A stretch of DNA of 57,712 bases from positions 1-57,712 of the forward strand of contig CBDCAF010000020.1 of assembly GCA_965213675.1 (NCBI GenBank), written 5' to 3'. Position 1 is the first letter of the stretch. Each line of letters starts with the position of its first letter. A program made the position numbers and the translations under genes. A model generated the notes under the pieces. The model was not told the origin of the DNA. It saw only the letters and a list, made by a program, of their open reading frames with translations, and ran no database searches. Positions 1 through 10,013 of the stretch are shown here, piece by piece. Origin of the DNA: an uncultured Candidatus Binatia bacterium. Its GTDB lineage: Bacteria; Desulfobacterota; Binatia; UBA9968; JAJDTQ01.

Positions 1-134
1 CTTAGGACCGGCAACAGTACGCAGGCCTGCGCTCCAGTTGTCAATAGTGACATAATTTCAGTGCGTTAGGCACAAACTTTGAGCGCCAGAGCATGCTGCG
101 GCCCGCGCTGCGATGCGCTCCGTTTCCTTCTCTG

Positions 135-143
135 GTGTTGACT
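135..143 (+). repeat. Putative integrase arm-type site GTGTTGACT (left end)
   Basis: Same motif occurs twice, 11 bp apart, at 57640-57659. Confidence 0.45.
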
Positions 144-296
144 TCCGGCATGATGCCCCCATGGAAATCTGCGTTCGTTGTTGGTTGAGGCCAATTCGAG
201 GCCTCAGGCCTCCGGTCGGCTCCTCCGAAGGGCAGACGGAAGGGATGCTCCCGACCGGTTGGAACAGCAACCGCATAACCGTATGACGGAGGCGCC

Positions 297-1562
297 ATGG
301 AACAATCCTCCGGGAAACACATTGCCAAGGTCAAGCTTACCCTCAACAAGCGCACCGTAGACGCTCTTGAGCCCCAGGACAAGCCCTGGATCGCCTGGGA
401 CGACAGGCTGACGGGCTTCGGCCTTCGAGTTTACCCCTCGGGGGCCAAGGCCTTTGTGGTAAACTACCGCGCGGGCAACGGCGGGCGCAAGGCGCCCAAC
501 AAGCGCGTGGTGGTGGGCCGCGCGGGGCGGGTGACCCCGGACCAGGCAAGGAAGCTGGCCCAGGAGCTTCTGGGGCGAGTGGCCTCGGGCGGGGACCCCG
601 CAGAGGAGCGGGCAGAGGTCCGTTCCGTGCCTACGTTGGGCGAGGCCTGCAAGGACTATATGGAGTCGGGCAACGGCCGCACGGCCAGCACCGAACGGGG
701 CTATCGGCGGTACGCGGCGCTGTATCTCGGAGACTGGCTGTCGCGTCCTCTGGATTCCATCACCCGCCGGGAAGTGGAGAGCCGCTTCCGGCTGATCACC
801 GAGCGCCACGGAGAGATGCCCGCCAACCAGTGCCTGTCGTTCCTGCGCTCGGTGTACCGAAGGCCGTGCGTGGACTACGAGGGTCTGAGGAACCCGGTGG
901 AGCAGTGGCCGGCGGGCGGGGGGCGGTACCACCGCAAGAGGCGCAAGCGGATATCGTCTCCGGGCGAGGTGCTGCCGTGCTGGCGGAGGGGGATGGAGGC
1001 TGCGGTGGGGAATCCGGGGCGCCGGGACGTGTTTCTGTTCGGACTCTACACGGGGATGCGGCGGGGAGAGATCCTGGGCCTTCGTTGGGAGGACGTGGAT
1101 CTGGACAGAGGGTTGTTCCGGGTGGAGGAGACGAAGACCGGAGTGCCGCTGGAACTGCCGGTGACGCGCCAGCTCGGGGCGGTCCTGGCGCGGCGGCGGG
1201 CGGACGGGGAGAACGTGCCCGAGGAGCTTCGCGGGTGGGTGTTCCCGTCGCCGCTGAGCGAGTCGGGTCATGTGGAGGAGCTTCATGCGCACTATGAAAC
1301 CATCGGACGGGCGGGCGGAGCGAAGTTCTGGTTTCACGGGTTGCGGAACGCTTTCATCAGCGTGGCGGAACGGGAGCTGATGCTGCCGCGGTCTCTGGTC
1401 AAACGGCTGGTGAACCACGCGCGGCCCAATGACGTGACCGAGGGCTACGCCTCGGACTGGACGGTGGAGCAGCTTCGCCAGCCCGCCCAGTGCATCGCCG
1501 ACCGCATCGACCGGCTCGTGACGGAGTCGGAGGCGCTGGGAAGTGCAGTGCCGGACGCGTGA
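297..1562 (+). CDS. Tyrosine integrase with N-terminal arm-binding domain (P4-like)
   Basis: N-terminal WDDRLTGFGLRV arm-binding motif; catalytic motifs TGMRRGEI, HGLR, VNH, TEGY. Confidence 0.93.
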   Translation: MEQSSGKHIAKVKLTLNKRTVDALEPQDKPWIAWDDRLTGFGLRVYPSGAKAFVVNYRAGNGGRKAPNKRVVVGRAGRVTPDQARKLAQELLGRVASGGDPAEERAEVRSVPTLGEACKDYMESGNGRTASTERGYRRYAALYLGDWLSRPLDSITRREVESRFRLITERHGEMPANQCLSFLRSVYRRPCVDYEGLRNPVEQWPAGGGRYHRKRRKRISSPGEVLPCWRRGMEAAVGNPGRRDVFLFGLYTGMRRGEILGLRWEDVDLDRGLFRVEETKTGVPLELPVTRQLGAVLARRRADGENVPEELRGWVFPSPLSESGHVEELHAHYETIGRAGGAKFWFHGLRNAFISVAERELMLPRSLVKRLVNHARPNDVTEGYASDWTVEQLRQPAQCIADRIDRLVTESEALGSAVPDA

Positions 1563-1678
1563 GAGCTTCCCGCGCGAATGCCTTGTCGCCCCGCGGCTGG
1601 CAGGGGACGCCCGGAGGCCGAGAGACAGTCGGTCGACCGTCCAAACCGTGGGCCCGCCAGAGGGGCGCCGCCGCGGAC

Positions 1679-2020
1679 CTACTTGCGACCGCAGGCGGCC
1701 CGTGCTCCAAGGGGCCGGTAGGGCACCTTCTTCTTGACCGCCTCGTCCACCGTCTCCGGCGTGATCAGCACGGTAGCCCTGATGTCGAGGGCGCCGGCGT
1801 TGGCGATGTTCAGTGAGACGGCCACAGCCGTGGCGTCGTCGGGAAGATCGCAGATGATGTAGAGGTCGGTGTCGCCGAAGGCGTAGTACAGCCCCGTCAC
1901 GCTGCCGCCCATGGCCTCGACGGTCTGGGTCAGCGCCGCCCGCCGGCGGCTGCCTCCTTCCTTCAGCCGGCCCGCGAGCCCGCTGCCGGTGTAGGTAGTG
2001 TGGAACATGTATTTCCCCAT
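1679..2020 (-). CDS. GYD domain-containing protein
   Basis: YYAFGDTDLYII motif and typical ~100 aa GYD layout; SD-like GGAGGGAG upstream. Confidence 0.8.
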   Translation of the reverse strand: MGKYMFHTTYTGSGLAGRLKEGGSRRRAALTQTVEAMGGSVTGLYYAFGDTDLYIICDLPDDATAVAVSLNIANAGALDIRATVLITPETVDEAVKKKVPYRPLGARAACGRK

Positions 2021-2451
2021 CGTTCTCCCTCCAAGGATTGTCTTCTACTCATGATCGCCCATGGAGCCGGGGGGGGGTCAAGCCCGGCCGGGATGCTTCA
2101 CGGCGGCAATACGGCAGCTGGCGGGCGATGGCAACGCGCGGCGTGTCTGGTTTGGAACTCCGCGGGATGGTCACGGCACGGGAGGCGGCCGGCCTCGTTG
2201 ACGTGCATCCGGCGCACAGTTGCCGCCATGGGTTCGATCAGGCCATCAGGCGCGCTCCCTGGACATTTGCGTCCCGTTCCTGTTACTGGAGAGGGGCAGG
2301 CGTTCGGCAGAGCTACGTATCGGGGGCGAAGTCCGAATCAGGCTGGCGTGCGGGTCGCCGTTGTTTTTCCTTTTGCAAGAGCCGTGTGGCGGCGCGGCCA
2401 CGAGCCGCGGGACACGCCGCCCTACACTTGTGATGAGCGAGGCGAGCGGAA

Positions 2452-2685
2452 GTGACGAGCGATGAAACGGCCATGCTCCTGGAAATTGGAGGCCGCGTCG
2501 CTGGCCGGCGCCACAGGTTGACGCTGTTGACCGATGCCAGGCTGGTTGAGCTGGTGAGCGCCCTGACGGAACAAGGATTGACGGAGCGTTGCCGCTGGCA
2601 GAATCGGCGCTACCGTGATGCGGTATCCAGTCAGAATGGCGCCCCTCGGGATCGAAGCGGTGGTGGAGTTCCGCTGGAGGACTGA
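2452..2685 (+). CDS. Small hypothetical protein upstream of the GHKL/Dcm operon
   Basis: ORF ends 2 nt before the next ATG; no clear motif. Confidence 0.3.
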   Translation: MTSDETAMLLEIGGRVAGRRHRLTLLTDARLVELVSALTEQGLTERCRWQNRRYRDAVSSQNGAPRDRSGGGVPLED

Positions 2686-2687
2686 GC

Positions 2688-4784
2688 ATGGCTGTTGACT
2701 ATTCGATGCGGATATCCCGCCTTACGGTCGACAAGCTGGGCGTGAAGCTCTACGACAAGGTATCGGCTGTCATCGCCGAACTCATCGCCAACGCATACGA
2801 CGCCGATGCAACCGAGGTGACCATTCACGCCCCCATGGGCCAGTTTCTCGCGACCCGCGCGGGCGGCACTATCGCAGACAAGGGTTTCGACATCGAAGTT
2901 GTCGACAACGGAATCGGCATGACCCCGCAGCAGGTGCAAGATTTCTTCTTGGTGGTAGGAGCCGAACGACGTAATGACCCGAACCGCGGCGGCGCCTCGC
3001 CGCGGTTCTACCGCAAAGTGATGGGGCGGAAGGGCGTCGGCAAACTGGCTCCTTTCGGAATTTGCAAGACCATCGAAGTGATTAGCGCTGGCGGCGAATT
3101 GATCTCGGCGGACGGCGGGGCTCCCTCTCGCTCCGGCTACCTAACCTCCCACATCGTTCTCGACTACGACGGCATCGTGGCGCTCGGTAACGAACCAGAC
3201 GAACGTTACGAGCCGACCGTCGGTGACCGAGATGAGACGCTTACCGGGGAGTCGGGCACTCAAATCATCCTTAGGAACTTCAACCACCGAAAAGTTCCCG
3301 ACATCGACATCCTCGCCCGCCAACTCGCCCAGCGCTTTGGCATAAGGTCGCCAGACTGGCGAATCCAACTCACGGACAACACGAAGTGCGACCCTTCGCC
3401 GGAGACCGTCGGCGACTTCCGTATCGACACGATGCCGAACACTAGAATCACGTTTCAGCAGGACGGCTCGGTATTCGGTCCCGACGGCACGCTCGAACCA
3501 GAGATCTCGGCTGGATTCGATCACAACGACACCTTTTCCCCGCTCTCCGGCTGGATGGCATACTCGAAGGCTCCGTACAGCGACGAACTCATGGCGGGCG
3601 TCAGGATCTATTGCCGCGGCAAGATCGCTGCTCAGACCTCCATCTTTAACCAACGGGCGGGCTTTACCGGAGAACACAACATCCGCTCCTACCTCGTCGG
3701 TGAGCTTCACGCGGACTGGCTCGACGAGGAAGAAGATCTCATCCAAACAGACCGACGCGATATCCTGTGGTCCGACGAGCTTGCCGCCTCTTTCGAGGCT
3801 TGGGGACAAGGCATAGTCAAGCGAATCGGCACTCTGTCGCGCAATCCCTTGCGGAAGGCGACCTTGGAATTGTTCCTCGAAACAGGGGATGTCGACGCCC
3901 GAATTCTTGATGCGTATCCCGCAGACGACCACCAAAGTATCCGCGAGCGCGCAGGAGAAGTAGCCCGTTCATTTGGCCGCACTATCAGTCGAGGTGAGGC
4001 TGAAGACCCCACGGTCGTAAACGAACTGGTCGATCTGAGCATCACCCTGGCACCGCACATCACGCTCAGTTCTATGATGAAGGAAGCCGTAGCCGATGCA
4101 GACAGGCCGCTCTCTGTCCTGGCCTCGTTCCTGCGGACCGCCCGCTTGGCGGAACTGTCCTCTTTCGGCCAAATCGCCGAAGACCGTCTTAAGGTGTTGG
4201 AACGCCTAGAGGTTCTCAAGGATGCGGGCGACACCGACGAAAGCGACCTTCAACAGCTCATTGCGGACGCTCCTTGGCTGGTCAACCCCGAGTGGGCGCC
4301 GGTCACCGAAAACCAGACCTTTTCCAGCCTCCGCAGGGAATTCGAGAAGTATTATCAAGAGAAGACGGGCCAACCCATTTCGCTCTCCGACTTCCGGCAG
4401 ACGGGGAAACGCCCCGATTTCGTCCTTTCAAACCAAGAAGGCACCGTGCAGATCATCGAGATCAAGAAACCCCACCACAAGCTGACCAATCCAGAGATGG
4501 ACAGAATCGTAACCTACTACCAAAACATGAACTCGTTCCTCAATGAGCCGGCGCACGCCGAGTTTCGGAAACACTTCGCGGACTTTCACGTCACCGTGGT
4601 GTGCGACAGCCTTGCACTGACCGATGCCCAACGCGCTGCCTTCGACGGCTATCACGCCACTGGAAAGCTGACCCACATGGATTGGACCGCGTTCCTCCTC
4701 AAGACGGAGCAAGTCCATCAGGACTTCCTCCGCGAGGCACGACGTCAGCGCGCCGCAATGCCCGCGGCGCCTGGGGACGATTGA
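2688..4784 (+). CDS. MORC/GHKL ATPase with C-terminal PD-(D/E)xK nuclease (putative restriction component)
   Basis: GHKL motifs ELIANAYDA, DNGIGM, GRKGVGK, GT; C-terminal RPDFVL...IIEIKKP. Confidence 0.85.
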   Translation: MAVDYSMRISRLTVDKLGVKLYDKVSAVIAELIANAYDADATEVTIHAPMGQFLATRAGGTIADKGFDIEVVDNGIGMTPQQVQDFFLVVGAERRNDPNRGGASPRFYRKVMGRKGVGKLAPFGICKTIEVISAGGELISADGGAPSRSGYLTSHIVLDYDGIVALGNEPDERYEPTVGDRDETLTGESGTQIILRNFNHRKVPDIDILARQLAQRFGIRSPDWRIQLTDNTKCDPSPETVGDFRIDTMPNTRITFQQDGSVFGPDGTLEPEISAGFDHNDTFSPLSGWMAYSKAPYSDELMAGVRIYCRGKIAAQTSIFNQRAGFTGEHNIRSYLVGELHADWLDEEEDLIQTDRRDILWSDELAASFEAWGQGIVKRIGTLSRNPLRKATLELFLETGDVDARILDAYPADDHQSIRERAGEVARSFGRTISRGEAEDPTVVNELVDLSITLAPHITLSSMMKEAVADADRPLSVLASFLRTARLAELSSFGQIAEDRLKVLERLEVLKDAGDTDESDLQQLIADAPWLVNPEWAPVTENQTFSSLRREFEKYYQEKTGQPISLSDFRQTGKRPDFVLSNQEGTVQIIEIKKPHHKLTNPEMDRIVTYYQNMNSFLNEPAHAEFRKHFADFHVTVVCDSLALTDAQRAAFDGYHATGKLTHMDWTAFLLKTEQVHQDFLREARRQRAAMPAAPGDD

Positions 4785-4789
4785 ACGAC

Positions 4790-5884
4790 ATGGCCCTCAC
4801 AGCGGTCGATGCCTTTGCCGGCGGGGGCGGACTCACCGTCGGCCTCAAACGCGCCGGGTTTCGCGTCGTAGCGGCCATCGAGCTAGAGCACCATGCATTC
4901 GCCACCTACAAGGCCAACCATCCAGAAGTCCGCTGCTTAAACCAAGACATCGCCACCGTTTCCGGCGACGCACTGCTGAGACACGCCAAGACCGACCGGA
5001 TAGACCTTCTAGCCGGTTGCCCGCCTTGCCAAGGTTTCACGAGCCTCACCGCGAAATACAAGGACCAGGAAGACCCGCGGAACGACCTCGTTCTCGAAAT
5101 GGCCCGCATCACCGAGGAAACGCTGCCCAGAGCGATTATGATAGAGAATGTCCCCAGACTTACGCAGAAGGGAGAATCGCTCTACCGGCAACTGCGCGAC
5201 CGACTGCAAGCCCTCGGCTATCTGCTGGCCGACGGAGTTCTCCAGGTCGCCGATTTTGGTGTTCCTCAGTACCGGCGACGGCTCGTCCTCCTCGGCGGGT
5301 TGGGTTTCAGCATTCCGCTTCCCCAGCCTACGCACTCGCGCTCCCCGACCGACGGCCTCGCACCTTGGCGAACCGTACGCGACGCGATCGCGGGGATGCC
5401 CAACCCTGCTACGTTATCGCAAGCCAAGGCCAACGGCGATGTCGAACGGTCCGACTGGCATATCGTCCGTGACCTATCCGCCAAAAACCTCGACCGGTTG
5501 CGAGTAGCGAAAGCCGGAGCGACTTGGCAACATATCCCAGAGCATCTTCGACCCACCTGCCATCGGAACGGCTATCTCGGGTTCACCAATGTCTACGGTA
5601 GGATGGAGTGGGACCGACCCGCACCCACTATCACCGGCGGATGCACGACCCTCAGCAAGGGTCGATTCGGGCACCCAGACGCCGACCGGACGATCTCCGT
5701 TCGAGAAGCTGCTCTGCTCCAAACGTTTCCACGCGACTACCGTCTCGATACGCCGTACATGGAATACGTCTGCAACATGATCGGCAACGCATTGCCGTGC
5801 GACTTCGCCGAATCCATTTCAAGGCAATGCGTCCAACAGTTGCAGCACCATCCCGATCGACTCTCTTCCTCACCTGCCGACTAG
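4790..5884 (+). CDS. dcm: DNA (cytosine-5) methyltransferase
   Basis: Motifs FAGGGG, GCPPCQ, IENV, PQYRRR, REAALLQTFP, GNA; start trimmed to ATG 4790. Confidence 0.93.
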   Translation: MALTAVDAFAGGGGLTVGLKRAGFRVVAAIELEHHAFATYKANHPEVRCLNQDIATVSGDALLRHAKTDRIDLLAGCPPCQGFTSLTAKYKDQEDPRNDLVLEMARITEETLPRAIMIENVPRLTQKGESLYRQLRDRLQALGYLLADGVLQVADFGVPQYRRRLVLLGGLGFSIPLPQPTHSRSPTDGLAPWRTVRDAIAGMPNPATLSQAKANGDVERSDWHIVRDLSAKNLDRLRVAKAGATWQHIPEHLRPTCHRNGYLGFTNVYGRMEWDRPAPTITGGCTTLSKGRFGHPDADRTISVREAALLQTFPRDYRLDTPYMEYVCNMIGNALPCDFAESISRQCVQQLQHHPDRLSSSPAD

Positions 5885-6711
5885 GGCCTGTTAACACTAT
5901 CGTAGGGCCTCGATGATGAGCGAGAAGTGAATGAAGCCGAGGAAGATGACGTCGAGCTTCTCGAAGCGGGAGAAGATGCGCCGGAATCCCTTCAGACGAC
6001 GAAACAACCTCTCTATTTCATTGCGTCGCTTGTACATTTGGCGATCATACACCCATGGGTCGCGTCGCGTCGACAACGGCGGCACCACGGGAGTAAACCC
6101 TAGAGCCAGAGCCAACTGGCGTGTCTCGTTACCTTCGTACGCTCGGTCCATGATCAGCGAGGGACTGTCATGCTGCTGACCAAGGCGATTCAGAAGCTTC
6201 CGTCCTTCTGGGGCGTCGTGGGCCTGTCCAGGGGAGAGAGAGAAGGTGATAGCCGTTCGAGCATCCGCGGCAACCATATGAATCTTGGTGGTCCAGCCTC
6301 CTCGGGATTTGCCGATGGCTTGGGGGCCGTTTTTTTTAGCGCCCCCGTTCCGTCGGGATGGACCTTGACGATGGTGCTGTCCATCGACACCGCCTCGATC
6401 TTGATGCGCACCATCTGCTCCCTTTGGAGTTGCTCGAAGACCTGGTCCAGCACCCCGTTCTTCGACCAGCGATTCATCCGAGTGTAGATCGTGTGCCAAT
6501 TGCCAAACCGCGCCGGCAACCCGCGCCACTTGCAACCGTGCTCCGCCACATACAAAATAGCGTTGAGCACCTGACGGTTCGAAAGGCTGACATTGCCACG
6601 CTGCACCGGGAGGTACCCTGCTATGCGCTCATATTGCGCTTCCGTCAATTTGCGCTTCCGTCAATTCCATCCCATGAGCTTAACATATCTTCATATTAGT
6701 GTTAACAGGCC
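5885..6711 (-). mobile_element. IS5-family (IS427-like) insertion sequence, 827 bp
   Basis: Perfect TIR GGCCTGTTAACACTA at both ends; CTAG duplication at 5881-5884 and 6712-6715. Confidence 0.92.
5897..6670 (-). CDS. IS5-family transposase in two frames (orfA/orfB joined at an A-run near 6330-6337)
   Basis: orfA GCKWRGLP..FGNWHTIYTR; orfB IGKSRGGWTTKIH, DRAY, RNEIERLF; 16-bp duplication just after the ATG. Confidence 0.85.
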
Positions 6712-6721
6712 CTAGACGAAG

Positions 6722-7138
6722 GTGGCCGACAATCTCACACCCGAGGTCCGGTCTAGGATCATGGCTTCCGTTGCACAAAAGAACACCGGGCCCGAGATGT
6801 GCGTCAGGCGGATTCTTCACCGCCTAGGATACCGCTACGCGCTCCACCGACGCAACCTACCTGGGCGTCCCGACCTTGTCTTTGCGCCTCGGCGCAAAGC
6901 AGTGTTCGTGCACGGCTGCTTCTGGCACGGCCATTTGTGTCGCAAGGGGCGGCTGCCCACCACCAGAGTCGACTACTGGAGCGACAAAATCAATAAGAAC
7001 AAAACGCGGGACGCGAGCAACGTGAACGATCTACAGGTTGATGGCTGGGACGTTTGCATCGTCTGGGAGTGCGAGACCTCGGATCGCGAGTCTCTGACGA
7101 GACGTCTAATCCGCTTTCTCGACGGTCATCAGTCGTGA
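6722..7138 (+). CDS. vsr: Very short patch repair endonuclease
   Basis: DNLTPEVRSRIMA, LPGRPD, FVHGCFWHGH, VWECE. Confidence 0.95.
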   Translation: MADNLTPEVRSRIMASVAQKNTGPEMCVRRILHRLGYRYALHRRNLPGRPDLVFAPRRKAVFVHGCFWHGHLCRKGRLPTTRVDYWSDKINKNKTRDASNVNDLQVDGWDVCIVWECETSDRESLTRRLIRFLDGHQS

Positions 7139-7190
7139 CTCGGCCCACTGCGGTCAACGCCTCGCTGGCACCGATGGGCCAGACCTCCGG

Positions 7191-8381
7191 TTAATAGCTT
7201 AGCAGGCGAGACATCAGGGACGCGTTCAGCCCTGCGATCCGATCCGTAGCGGCATCGGCGGTGTCAGCAACGCAGCGCACGTTGTCTACAAGTCTGGCGT
7301 AGAGGTATTGTAGCTTGATGGGTGGTATCGGAACCGGGAAGCTGCCGAGCTGGGTTTTGTTAATGCACGCGATACCCGTCGTTCGTTTGGCAATGGAAAT
7401 AAAATACGCTTTGCCATATGCGCTACCGGCAACGTCCTTGAGATAGTTAGTCAATACGAACTCAGAATTTGGTCGAACCCGAAAGACATGGTTCTGATGA
7501 GCGCAATACGGGAGTTCACCGTTCCACACGGCGGCGCGCCCTAGTTTATCGGGATCGCCACCCTCGGTCATAATGAGATCGCCTGGTGCTAACGCATACT
7601 TTCCTTCTTCGCCACACCGGATCGTAATCCTTTTGATTTCATCGAGGTTCAGGAAGCCATCCTGAACATTCGCGACACGCAGGTAGGGTACTTCGACGGC
7701 GTATTTCGGATCGATCTTTCGACCCTTCGTCGCCCCGGACGCTATCGCTGCCGCTTCGCGGAGCGGCATACACGGAAACTTCACGTCGATTCGTTTGTGA
7801 TCGCCGAACATCCTGACAAACAGCGCGGGAATGAATTCCCGCAACCGCTCCTGCGCCTGCTCCCGCAGCCGCTTGATCTTCGCCGCCCGGTTCAGGATGC
7901 CGACGATCCGCCGCTGTTCGTCGAGCGGCGGAAGGGGAACCCTGGCCTCTTTCAGGGTTGAGAGCTTCAGGGAAGGCAGACTCGTAACCTGGGCTTGGGC
8001 GCGCGGGTCGTAACGAACCGACCACCAGAACAAGTAATCTGGATCAATCCTGCTCTTGTCGGGCATTACCACGGCAAGATGGCTCACCACATAGGCATCC
8101 GTGGCGAGTTTGGCGCGATGGTTCAGGTTCACCGAGGCGCCGCTCTTCGGGATCAGGATGCTGTCCTTGGGAAAGAGCCGAAGGCGGTTCCCTGCTAACC
8201 AATCCGGGGAAAGGCGGTCCGCAGAATTGGCCAGCACTGGGTTGACGTGATGCAGCCCCACATCCTGCATACGTACAAACAACGGGCCGTCGGGTGCGAA
8301 GGCTCCCGGTTTTTGGGGTGCAGGGTCCCCTGCTACGACGTTGGCAATATCGCCAAGGCGAAAAACAGGATACGCACTCAT
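7191..8381 (-). CDS. hsdS: Type I R-M specificity subunit
   Basis: Two TRDs separated by the VPLPPLDEQRRIV helix; second PIPPIKLQ repeat. Confidence 0.92.
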   Translation of the reverse strand: MSAYPVFRLGDIANVVAGDPAPQKPGAFAPDGPLFVRMQDVGLHHVNPVLANSADRLSPDWLAGNRLRLFPKDSILIPKSGASVNLNHRAKLATDAYVVSHLAVVMPDKSRIDPDYLFWWSVRYDPRAQAQVTSLPSLKLSTLKEARVPLPPLDEQRRIVGILNRAAKIKRLREQAQERLREFIPALFVRMFGDHKRIDVKFPCMPLREAAAIASGATKGRKIDPKYAVEVPYLRVANVQDGFLNLDEIKRITIRCGEEGKYALAPGDLIMTEGGDPDKLGRAAVWNGELPYCAHQNHVFRVRPNSEFVLTNYLKDVAGSAYGKAYFISIAKRTTGIACINKTQLGSFPVPIPPIKLQYLYARLVDNVRCVADTADAATDRIAGLNASLMSRLLSY

Positions 8382-10009
8382 TCCGGCACCGCCTCCCGCA
8401 CGGCCTCGGCTAATTCATCGATTTCGCCCAGTATCTCGGTCTCGATACGCCGTAGCTCGTCCAAGATCTCCACCGGATCGCGGTGCTCGACTGTCGCCCG
8501 GTTCTGAGGGCGATGCCGGTTGGCGCTCAGGTTGAAGTCGGCGGCGCGAATTGCGTCCGCGTTGGCGAACCACCAGTTCTCCGTCCAGGCGGCGTCTGCC
8601 TTGCGTCCCTGCCAAGCGGTCCATCGAGCTTCCCGATCCCGGAACGCTTCGATCAGACGGGGAAGATCGTCCTCGTCTATCGGTTGTTCGTGGTTGGCGT
8701 CGAGCTTGAAGCCGTCGTTGTCTGCGTGCAGGAACATCACCCTTCCGGTCACGCCACCATTGCGGAACACCAACACAGAGGTCTTGACGCCGGAGTAGGG
8801 GTTGAAGACGCCGCCGGGCAGCGACAGTATCGCCTCGACCGTGTTGTTTTCGACCAGTCTACGACGGAGTTCTCTGTGCGCTCCCGTGGAGCCGAACAGC
8901 ACGCCTTCGGGCACCACGACACCGCAACGCCCTCCGTCCCTCAGATGGTTGAGCATGTATTGCAGGAACAGGAGCTCGGTCTGTCCGGTGCGACCGACCT
9001 TCACGTCTTCGACGATGCGGTCCTTGTCCAGCCGCCCGGAAAACGGCGGATTGGCGAGAATGACGTCGAAGCCGTGTACAGGGAAACCAAGTTCCGCCTT
9101 GGCCGCTCGGTCGAGGGAACGAGTGAGCGCGTCCCGGCGCAGAATGCGGACCCGGTCGAGACCGCGGAGGGTCAGGTTCATGGTTGCGAGACGGACCATC
9201 TGCGGGTCCACGTCAGTGCCGTAGAAAGTAGCCTCCCGCAACTTTCTCACCGCATCGCGGCTCAACGTATCGCCGAGGCCGCGCCGGACGGTCTTGCCTT
9301 CCGCGTCGATCTCCTCGATCCCGGCGGGCGAGGAGTTGGCGAGCCGGATGTGGTCCCACGCGGCGACCAGGAATCCCGCGGTCCCGGCCGCCGGGTCGTA
9401 GATCGTGTCGCCGAGCCGGGGATCCACCAGTTTCACCAGAGCGCGGATCACGTGGCGGGGCGTCCGGAACTGGCCTAGTTCGCCCGCCTGCCGGATCTGG
9501 CGGAGTACGTGTTCGAAAAGGTCGCCCTTGGTGTCCGCGTCCACCCGGTCGAGATGCAGGTCGTTCAACTGGCTGACGACCTGGGTAAGCACCGTCGGCT
9601 CGTCGATTACCAGCCGGGCGCCGTCCATGAAGTCCGTGACGCCGTTCGCAGCGAGTTCGGCATGGAACGGAAAGACCTCCTCCCGCACCCAGTTCACCAG
9701 CCGTTCCCCGTTCAGCGCATGCGCCCAGGACGACCAGCGGAGCAGTTCGCGCGGCACCGTCCCAGCGCCGGGCTCGCGGGCGTTGCGCGGATCGCGCAGG
9801 CTCCATTCGCCTTCGAAGGCGCTGGCGTATTGGGCAGCGCCCGGCCGTTGCGCCGCGCGAACCCCAGCGGCGTCCGCCGCCTCGTACATGTAGAAGTAGA
9901 TCAGGAAGCTTAGCTGTTCGGCGTTCTGGGCCGGGTTCGGGTAGCCGCCGCCGAAGAGATAGTCGCGGATGCGATCAATGCCGCGCCGTAGCTCGGAGGT
10001 CATGGGCAT
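8378..10009 (-). CDS. hsdM: Type I R-M N6-adenine methyltransferase
   Basis: GQFRTPRH, YDPAAGTAGF, NPPF, VVPEGVLF. Confidence 0.95.
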   Translation of the reverse strand: MPMTSELRRGIDRIRDYLFGGGYPNPAQNAEQLSFLIYFYMYEAADAAGVRAAQRPGAAQYASAFEGEWSLRDPRNAREPGAGTVPRELLRWSSWAHALNGERLVNWVREEVFPFHAELAANGVTDFMDGARLVIDEPTVLTQVVSQLNDLHLDRVDADTKGDLFEHVLRQIRQAGELGQFRTPRHVIRALVKLVDPRLGDTIYDPAAGTAGFLVAAWDHIRLANSSPAGIEEIDAEGKTVRRGLGDTLSRDAVRKLREATFYGTDVDPQMVRLATMNLTLRGLDRVRILRRDALTRSLDRAAKAELGFPVHGFDVILANPPFSGRLDKDRIVEDVKVGRTGQTELLFLQYMLNHLRDGGRCGVVVPEGVLFGSTGAHRELRRRLVENNTVEAILSLPGGVFNPYSGVKTSVLVFRNGGVTGRVMFLHADNDGFKLDANHEQPIDEDDLPRLIEAFRDREARWTAWQGRKADAAWTENWWFANADAIRAADFNLSANRHRPQNRATVEHRDPVEILDELRRIETEILGEIDELAEAVREAVPE

Positions 10010-10013
10010 GCTG

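Noticed and set aside
1-100. tRNA or other RNA gene as the integration target
   Set aside because: No tRNA arm or CCA end recognisable at either window end
204-1418. Long antisense ORFs over real genes (also 23276..24571, 9969..11195, 34854..36719, 55796..56725)
   Set aside because: Shadow ORFs typical of high-GC codon bias; the opposite strand carries the family motifs
2452-2685. R-M controller (C) protein
   Set aside because: The position fits, but no convincing HTH motif or C-box was seen
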